From Kiritimatiellia bacterium (GTDB taxonomy: Bacteria > Verrucomicrobiota > Kiritimatiellia > CAIVKH01), in NCBI GenBank assembly GCA_035327665.1, contig DAOLCW010000004.1:2598-66597 (forward strand): a DNA stretch of 64,000 nucleotides, in the 5' to 3' direction. The notes under the pieces are model-generated. The model ran no database searches, was not told the origin of the DNA, and saw only the letters and a list, made by a program, of their open reading frames with translations. A program made the position numbers and the translations under genes. Within the stretch, counting starts at the first letter, position 1. Each line of letters starts with the position of its first letter. This document shows, one piece after another, positions 57,570 to 64,000 of the stretch.

Positions 57570-60500
57570 TCACATTCCCGGCTTTACCCTGTCAATGATC
57601 TTGAGACCGTGATCCCCTACCACAACGGCCTCAGTAGCAGCAGGATCGGGAAGGCTGAAATAGATTCCGGTTCCATGATCGTCCCAGAACGTTTCGGCGC
57701 CGAAGAGAAGCACAGGAGCCATCGGTCTGGAGATATCGAGTACCCAGGCATTGCCGGTGGTGAGACCGCTGACAAAATATTGGGAGAATGCGGGAGAAAC
57801 GGGGATCCTCAACCATTGGTCATTCCCCATCGAACCGACCCAGGTTTGTCCATCCGACCATGTCGGCCCGGCATAATCTTCGAGCATATGCACAGGATCA
57901 TCCATTTCCGTCAATGCGACCTCGGCACCTGATCCGATCGAAGCATCCACGTAAAAGAGAATCGCATCGTTGGGCCGAAGGGAGGCGCCCCACGCGAGAA
58001 TATAGGCCGCCACCGGCTCGTCCCCGACAAGGACTTGAAGGCGGGAAGGCGAAACCGCCGTGAGTTCGATTCCGGCATTGGCAAGCGTGCGCGCAGGAAG
58101 CACGTACAGCCCGGATTCCTTGACGTTAAGCGAGGCAATCACCCCGGCACGGGCAGCGGCAAGGCTAACCCTGACTGGACCATGACGCTTGGTCGTCATG
58201 TCGAATTCGATATCATCCAACCAGTAGTAATAGGTCTGGCCGGACTCAACATCTTTATCCAACCAGGCGTAAGCCTGTCCTTCACCCGTTCCCATTCCAT
58301 CGATCAATCCCTGAGTGATGCGCACCGGCGAACCGTTTACATCTCCTGCCCGGTACAGATGGAAGCCCAGGTTGTTCAACTCGGCAGCGGTTTCCCATTC
58401 AAGCAGGATCCCCTCCTCAGTCGGAGTGCCGGTGAAGGAAACCAGTTCCACCGCCGTAGGACTAGCGGGGAAGAATCCGAAATCGGCATCAAGAAAAATG
58501 CCCGAGGGTGGGATCGGCGGAATAGTATACCGAAGCGGAGTGGTCGGGATCAACGGCACCGGAGGCAAGCCCGGGAAGCCACCCCCCGGCGGATTGGCCG
58601 AAGGAACGGAGGACAAATCGACTTCCACCACATAATTCGCAAACGGCAGGTTGGTGAAGATATAGTATCCGCGCCAGTTGGTATTGGAGAAGGTAACCGT
58701 GGTTGCCACAAGGTTGGTTATCCCCCCGGTCACATCCAGCAACCGGATGGTCACTCCGTTTAATCCTTGCACGGCGAGGTTTTCATCGGGAATCCCATTG
58801 CCGTTGAGATCGAGCCAAACCGTATCGCCTATGGTCAGCGTCATGATTTCGTAGGGAACATCATTGGTCCGGGGAGGAACGGGAGGCTCATCCGGAGGCG
58901 TGGTGGGACGGGCAACTACGGCATTGGTCTCCGGAGCCACCGTGACTTGTAGCGCGGTGAAGGTGACCACGACACCGGTCGATGCACCCGGTGGCAGCGG
59001 ACCTATATTATCCCAGGCCAACGCACCGGGAGCGGGATCGCTGGGCGGAGGGGTGGCTGTGCTAAAGGCAAAATAGGCTGGGTCATAGAGGTCCTCAAGG
59101 GGAACGGTGACAAGAACCACGTCCCCGGTGTTCACGACGCTCAAAGAGAATACAACCGGCTCTCCAACAACCGCAGGACGACCGAGCGGGGATACCAGCG
59201 TCTTGATCAGGTCATAGCCGGGATTGCTGACCCGGTAAGGCACGTCATTGGTTTGCGGCGGAACCGGAGGCTCATCGGGAGGTGTAGTCGGAGCAGCAAC
59301 CACCCGGTTGGTTTCCGACGCGCCGACCGTACTCGCCAATGCGATTGTATTGACAACGATCGAAGTCGAAGCCCCTGCCGGTAAGGGTCCGACATTGTTC
59401 CACACCAGGCTCCCGGGCAGGGAATTGTTAACCGGGGGAACCGAACTGACGAATTCGAGGATCGCCGAATTGTAGAAGTCAACTAGAGGCACGGTGACCA
59501 GATCGACATCTCCATTGTTTTGGACGGTCAGACTGAATTGGATCGCTTCTCCAACTTCAGCAGCACGTCCGACCGGGGATATAACCGATTTGGTCAACAG
59601 GTAACTCGGATCGCTGATCCGGAAGGGGGTTTCATTGGTTCGGGGAGGTACGGGAGGGAATTCCGGAGGCGTGGTCGGAGTGGCAACAACCGTATTGGTC
59701 CGGTTTTCGCCCACCGTGCTTCCAATTGCGGTAAAATTGACCACCACTGAGGTTGTCGCGCCGGGATTCAAGGGGCCAAGGTTCACCCAGCCGACCAATC
59801 CCGGGGCCACATTGTTCGCCGGGGGTACCGAACTGGCAAATTCGAGGAGGGAAGCATCGAAGGTATCCACCAGCGGAATGGTGACAAGGACCACATCGCC
59901 GGTGTTGATCACCGAGAGACTGAATTGGAGCGGTTCCCCCAGCGCGGCGGCCCGGCCTACGGGTGAAATCAACGTCTTTATCAAAGCATACCCGGGGTTG
60001 CTGATCTGATAGGGCACCTCATTGGTGCGGGGCGGAACCGGCGGCTGACCCGGGGGAGTGGTCGGGGCGGCAACCACGCGGTTGGTTCGATCCCCTCCTC
60101 CTGAACTTGCCACTGCGGTGAATTGGACAATCACCGAGGTGGATGCCCCTGCAGGCAAGGGACCGAGATTGTTCCAGACGAGGCTTCCGGCAACCGAGGC
60201 GTCCGGAGCGGGCACGGCATTATTAAATAGCAGGAAGGCCGGCTCAAAGGTGTCGGTAAGTGGCACCGTAACCAGGGTGACATCCCCGGTATTGACTACG
60301 GTCAGCGTGAATTGAAGGGTCTCCCCCACTTCGGCGGACCGGCCAATCGGCGCATCGAGGGTCTTGGACAAACCATACCCGGGATTGCTGATTTCGTAAG
60401 GAACCTCGTTGGTCTGAGGTGGGACCGGCGGCTGATCGGGAGGGGTGGTGGGCGAAGCCACGACAAGGTTGGTTTCGGCAAAACCATCGGTTGTGGCCAG

Positions 60501-62384
60501 TGCGGTAAAGGTGACGACAATCGAGGTACTGGAACCGACCGGGAGAGGGCCAATGTCATTCCAGGTCAAGACACCGGGGGCAATATCGTCAGCCGGAGGC
60601 ACCGCTGATTCATACCCGAGAAACGCGGGCAGGAAGGTGTCCTGAACCGGAACCGTGACCAACGAAACATCGCCCGTGTTTTCGATGTTGAGCGAAAACT
60701 GGATCGGTTCGCCCACCGCAGCCGCCCGTCCCAAGGGAGAGAGAATCGTTTTGGTCAGCAGAAAGCCGGGATTGCTGATTTCGTAGGGGACATCGTTGGT
60801 TTGCGGGGGAACCGGGGGAAGCTCGGGCGGTGTGGTCGGAGTCGCCACGACGGTGTTGGTCTCCGAAAATCCATCTGTGCTGGCCAGGGCCGTGAAGGTC
60901 ACAACCACGGATGTACTGGCGCCGGGAATCAACGATCCCAAATCATTCCAAACCAGTACGCCTCCACCGACGCTATCTGCGGAAGGACTCGCGGACTGGA
61001 AATCGAGGAACGATGAATCATAGGTATCAATCAGGGGAACCGTAACCAAGGGGACATCGCCGGTGTTCAGAACCGAAATACTAAATACAATATCTTCCCC
61101 TACCCCGGCCGCACGGCCGGAGGGACTGATGACCGACTTGATCAGGCCGAAGCCGGGATTACGAATCTCATACGGCGCGTCATTGGTTTGAGGAGGTGTC
61201 CCCGGCACATTGGGAGGAGTGGTGGGAGAGGCCACAACCCGGTTGGTTTGGGCATTGGGGGAACTTGCCACTGCGGTAAACGTCACGACGAGGCTGGTGC
61301 TTGCCCCGATCGGTAAGGGACCCACATTCGCCCAGTTGATGATTCCATCGTTGACCGTATCGATGGTGGGCGGGACTGCGCCGACAAAGGCAAGGAAAGA
61401 GGTATCATAGGTGTCTTCAACCGGGACGGTGACAAATCCGACATCACCGGTGTTCTCGATGGTGATGGTGAATACAATCGATTCGCCAATCGCGGCAGCC
61501 CGCCCCTCTGGCTCGGTCACGTCCTTTTCCAGGGTAAATCCCGGCGTGACCACGATGACCACCGCATCGTCTTCCGCCGTGACGGGGTCGAAATCACCAA
61601 GCAAGTCGCAGGTCTTGAAGTCGATCACCAACGCCTCTACAAACGCGATGTTGGTCACGCTCGCATTGATCACCGTCTGGGTGGTAAAAACAATGACGTC
61701 ACCAGGGGCCATAAATTCCGGGTTTTCGGGATCGAAGCAGTTGGCCAACTCCACCACATCGTCCCCCCCTTCCGGAAATAAAACGTCGTCAAACAACCCG
61801 ATAAAGGAAAGATGCACATTCCCGGTATTGGTAACGATGTACGTATAGGTAACGATGGTACCATTGGTAACGAACAGAGGCTCCCCGTCCGGGGCGTCAT
61901 TGGCGAGCTTGGTTAGGGAAATTCCGGGCTGGAGTTGGAAGAAGCCTGCATCGAGATTTTCCACCGGTGTTCCGTCAAAAACAAACGGCGGCGTCTGGCC
62001 CGCCGAGTTGATGTCGCTGTCCAAGGTGGGATCTCCTCCTGCATTGTTGGTCGTGATGCTGAAGGTGGAAGGCGGGAAAAACCGGAGAAAATACGACCCG
62101 TTTGCGACATCGGTGAAGATGTAAATCCCATCCGCATCGGTGACCACACCTTCGACAATGTTGGAGGAGGGAAATTCGAACAACTGAACGACAACGTTGG
62201 AGATACCCGGCTCCCCGACATCTTGTATCCCGTTGACATTGAGATCGTTCCATGCAAACCCCGTAATGAAGTTAGCGTGGGCGGAGGCCGAGAACAAAAG
62301 GCCGCTGACAAGGATCATCGACGTTAGCCATGGAGAGGTCAATCTCTGCCCATCAATCATGGAGATACACTTTCTTGACTTCAT
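57570..62384 (-). CDS. giant secreted surface protein: SdrD B-like (Cna-B type) domains flanking at least 7 tandem DUF11-type repeats, unique C-terminal region
   Basis: ATG at 62384 with signal peptide (MKSRKCISMIDGQRLTSPWLTSMILVSGLLFSASAHA); NGIQDVGEPGISNVVVQLF...DADGIYIF and NGNGIPDENLAVQGLNGVTIRLL SdrD-B-like modules; repeats with NTGDVxLVTVPL...PTTPPxxPPVPPxTN. Confidence 0.8.
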   Translation of the reverse strand: MKSRKCISMIDGQRLTSPWLTSMILVSGLLFSASAHANFITGFAWNDLNVNGIQDVGEPGISNVVVQLFEFPSSNIVEGVVTDADGIYIFTDVANGSYFLRFFPPSTFSITTNNAGGDPTLDSDINSAGQTPPFVFDGTPVENLDAGFFQLQPGISLTKLANDAPDGEPLFVTNGTIVTYTYIVTNTGNVHLSFIGLFDDVLFPEGGDDVVELANCFDPENPEFMAPGDVIVFTTQTVINASVTNIAFVEALVIDFKTCDLLGDFDPVTAEDDAVVIVVTPGFTLEKDVTEPEGRAAAIGESIVFTITIENTGDVGFVTVPVEDTYDTSFLAFVGAVPPTIDTVNDGIINWANVGPLPIGASTSLVVTFTAVASSPNAQTNRVVASPTTPPNVPGTPPQTNDAPYEIRNPGFGLIKSVISPSGRAAGVGEDIVFSISVLNTGDVPLVTVPLIDTYDSSFLDFQSASPSADSVGGGVLVWNDLGSLIPGASTSVVVTFTALASTDGFSETNTVVATPTTPPELPPVPPQTNDVPYEISNPGFLLTKTILSPLGRAAAVGEPIQFSLNIENTGDVSLVTVPVQDTFLPAFLGYESAVPPADDIAPGVLTWNDIGPLPVGSSTSIVVTFTALATTDGFAETNLVVASPTTPPDQPPVPPQTNEVPYEISNPGYGLSKTLDAPIGRSAEVGETLQFTLTVVNTGDVTLVTVPLTDTFEPAFLLFNNAVPAPDASVAGSLVWNNLGPLPAGASTSVIVQFTAVASSGGGDRTNRVVAAPTTPPGQPPVPPRTNEVPYQISNPGYALIKTLISPVGRAAALGEPLQFSLSVINTGDVVLVTIPLVDTFDASLLEFASSVPPANNVAPGLVGWVNLGPLNPGATTSVVVNFTAIGSTVGENRTNTVVATPTTPPEFPPVPPRTNETPFRISDPSYLLTKSVISPVGRAAEVGEAIQFSLTVQNNGDVDLVTVPLVDFYNSAILEFVSSVPPVNNSLPGSLVWNNVGPLPAGASTSIVVNTIALASTVGASETNRVVAAPTTPPDEPPVPPQTNDVPYRVSNPGYDLIKTLVSPLGRPAVVGEPVVFSLSVVNTGDVVLVTVPLEDLYDPAYFAFSTATPPPSDPAPGALAWDNIGPLPPGASTGVVVTFTALQVTVAPETNAVVARPTTPPDEPPVPPRTNDVPYEIMTLTIGDTVWLDLNGNGIPDENLAVQGLNGVTIRLLDVTGGITNLVATTVTFSNTNWRGYYIFTNLPFANYVVEVDLSSVPSANPPGGGFPGLPPVPLIPTTPLRYTIPPIPPSGIFLDADFGFFPASPTAVELVSFTGTPTEEGILLEWETAAELNNLGFHLYRAGDVNGSPVRITQGLIDGMGTGEGQAYAWLDKDVESGQTYYYWLDDIEFDMTTKRHGPVRVSLAAARAGVIASLNVKESGLYVLPARTLANAGIELTAVSPSRLQVLVGDEPVAAYILAWGASLRPNDAILFYVDASIGSGAEVALTEMDDPVHMLEDYAGPTWSDGQTWVGSMGNDQWLRIPVSPAFSQYFVSGLTTGNAWVLDISRPMAPVLLFGAETFWDDHGTGIYFSLPDPAATEAVVVGDHGLKIIDRVKPGM
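58655..61550 (-). repeat. tandem ~115-aa (about 345-bp) DUF11-like coding repeats, at least 7 copies, diverged at DNA level
   Basis: Periodic recurrence of ...NPGxxLxKxxxSPxGRAAxVGExIxF...NTGDVxLVTVPLxDT...TNxVVAxPTTPPxxPPVPPxTNxVPY in the translated product. Confidence 0.6.
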
Positions 62385-62666
62385 TTCGGATGCCCCTTCG
62401 GTGAATGCATTATCACTTTCCTCATACGAGAGATGAAAGCGGCGCGGCTCAAGGCCATGGCACAACGGTTCATTCGGGGATGCTAAAGGCCTTGGGAGTA
62501 AACATCAAGTCCGATGTTACCAAGAGATGAACCGGTTTCCCTTTAAAATCACGGGGGGTTTCACCAATCCACACCCAGAGCGTGTACAGAACTAATCGCA
62601 CATCTCATACGGTCCGTCCCAACCGGCAAAAAGGGGGGGCAAACTGCCTTTCCAATGTATGCCAAA

Positions 62667-64000
62667 TCAAGGAATGGCGACCCGGAAGAACCTGGCCTGT
62701 GGTGGCAATCCGGTGGGAATCAATTGATTCACCGGGGCCGTGGCCGGGATGTCGTCGGCAAGAACGTGATAGGGTCCACCGATGGAGGAGGACCATTCTA
62801 GACGGTAAGTGCGTTGCGCAACTGAAGGCCACTCAAAGGCGACTTGGCCATTCACCAGTCGTTTGAGTTCCACGACCTGCAAGGAGGAGTGAACATTCAA
62901 AGGATCGGTCCCGGCCAGATACTCCTGGTAATTTGACAACCCATCCCCATCGGAATCCTCGTCAGGATCGGGAAGCATGCCATGGTCGAAAAGGGAGGGA
63001 GGAAAGGTCATTTCAACCCACTCCTCATAGCTACCCATGACCGGAGAAGGAGCCCCAAGGCGGGGCGAGGATGCACTGCCCACCGCCATGGCAGGATCTC
63101 CAAGCAATTGGAAACCGTTGAAGGCGGGGAAGAGCCCGAACTCAGAAAGCTTGGCTTGCCCGGCCAACCAGGCATCCCCCATCCGGTCGCGGTTGTTTTG
63201 ATACAATTCGTCAAGCATGGTTTCAATCATGACGCGACCATCGACAACGGAAATCAAGGTCGCAGCGGCGATCATCGCCGAAGCTCCCCCTTGAGCTTCG
63301 ATAAAGCCTTCGCCAATACTGGTCAAACCAGGATTGCCAAAGGTGCCGATCAAACAACCCAATCCAAAAAATGCGGTTGGAGCCGAGCGGTTGGTCATGG
63401 ATGCGGTGTCGGCAGTGACCAGAATCGACTGGAGCGAAAGCGCGTTGGGTGTGCCGTGACCGATGTACACGGCAACTTCCTTGCCGGCATTGATCCCATC
63501 CAACATCTGCTCCCTGGTCATTTCCGCTCCGATCAAATCCATATCGGCCCGGACCACCGTACGGTCGGTAATGATTTGCTGAAGGAGATTGCCTTCTTCC
63601 AGATAATTTCCGGCGAAGTCACTGAGGTCGGTGGAAATGAGGGTATTATCGCGCCAGACCCCGCCCACTTCATACTCGATCAACTTGGCGATGTAATTTG
63701 AAACCGACGCCGCGGAGTTTACCGGGATGCGGCCGACCGCCATGCGGGGGAAACCATCATTAAAAATATCACCGTAAGGAGCGTCAGTAACATACATGCC
63801 GTAGAACCACACGACGGGGAAGGCGGGAATACGCGAATCACCAAATCCGAGTTCATCTTTGTAGTCGAAGGAGCCATCGCCCACGAGCACGACGTAACGG
63901 GGAGCCAGCGCCCAATGGTGGTAGGTATAGGCGAGAAAGTTTTTAATCGCACGGGCATCGCGAATACCAAAATTGAACTCGTCATAGATTGAGTTTGCGC
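62667..64000 (-). CDS. C25 family (gingipain-like) cysteine peptidase with C-terminal Ca-binding-type DxDGD motif; 5' end beyond window
   Basis: Catalytic VYIGHGTPNA (His) and FFGLGCLIGTF (Cys), 34 residues apart as in gingipains; RMAVGRIPVNSAASVSNYIAKLIEYE; manual upstream translation (...EFNFGIRDARAIKNFLAYTYHHWALAPRYVVLVGDGS) shows the open frame continues to the window edge, so the track ORF start (63890) is artificial. Confidence 0.7.
   Translation of the reverse strand, partial: ANSIYDEFNFGIRDARAIKNFLAYTYHHWALAPRYVVLVGDGSFDYKDELGFGDSRIPAFPVVWFYGMYVTDAPYGDIFNDGFPRMAVGRIPVNSAASVSNYIAKLIEYEVGGVWRDNTLISTDLSDFAGNYLEEGNLLQQIITDRTVVRADMDLIGAEMTREQMLDGINAGKEVAVYIGHGTPNALSLQSILVTADTASMTNRSAPTAFFGLGCLIGTFGNPGLTSIGEGFIEAQGGASAMIAAATLISVVDGRVMIETMLDELYQNNRDRMGDAWLAGQAKLSEFGLFPAFNGFQLLGDPAMAVGSASSPRLGAPSPVMGSYEEWVEMTFPPSLFDHGMLPDPDEDSDGDGLSNYQEYLAGTDPLNVHSSLQVVELKRLVNGQVAFEWPSVAQRTYRLEWSSSIGGPYHVLADDIPATAPVNQLIPTGLPPQARFFRVAIP

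Noticed and set aside
58035-61848. Numerous plus-strand ORFs (for example MVRGGTGGSSGGVVG...) antisense to the adhesin repeat array
   Set aside because: They recur with the same periodicity as the minus-strand coding repeats and are Gly/Thr-rich mirror ORFs, not genes.

Overview
64-kb GC-rich (about 60% GC) bacterial chromosomal window; real genes show strongly C/G-ending codons. The gene content (tandem bactofilins, giant DUF11-repeat surface protein, overall style) suggests a PVC-group organism such as Verrucomicrobiota, but that is a low-confidence guess. No rRNA, tRNA or CRISPR array was recognised. Left third is housekeeping: an edge-truncated LplT-like MFS transporter that the ORF track misses, the pyruvate dehydrogenase aceE-aceF-lpd operon, hemE-hemY, a HerA-like DUF853 ATPase with an LpxC paralog, a MATE transporter, a Mur ligase, two bactofilins and a sensor histidine kinase. 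The middle is an accessory, rearrangement-prone island. It holds a photolyase gene truncated by a poly-C tract and tandem repeats, a vapBC pair and an aminotransferase remnant, then a YihY-cNMP fusion protein, then a complete type I restriction-modification locus (hsdM, four-helix-bundle gene, hsdS, unknown gene, rhuM, hsdR). That RM locus is colonised by a family of GC-rich palindromic REP/MITE-like elements inserted in-frame into hsdM, hsdS and hsdR. hsdR also carries a DUF559 endonuclease-domain insertion, and the rhuM gene sits in a cassette bounded by 34-bp direct repeats. After that come a three-gene module (DUF2294 - large HprK/PEPCK-like P-loop protein - SbtA-like bicarbonate permease), a cusCBA-like metal efflux operon, an AbrB-type antitoxin with a Doc toxin, the menF-menD-menH-menB plus menG menaquinone cluster, a glutaminyl cyclase, a GGDEF-REC-HD-GYP protein, a giant DUF11/SdrD-B repeat surface protein, and an edge-truncated C25 (gingipain-like) peptidase. 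All calls rest on reading the ORF translations and the DNA by eye, with no database search; boundaries, especially start codons, are approximate.
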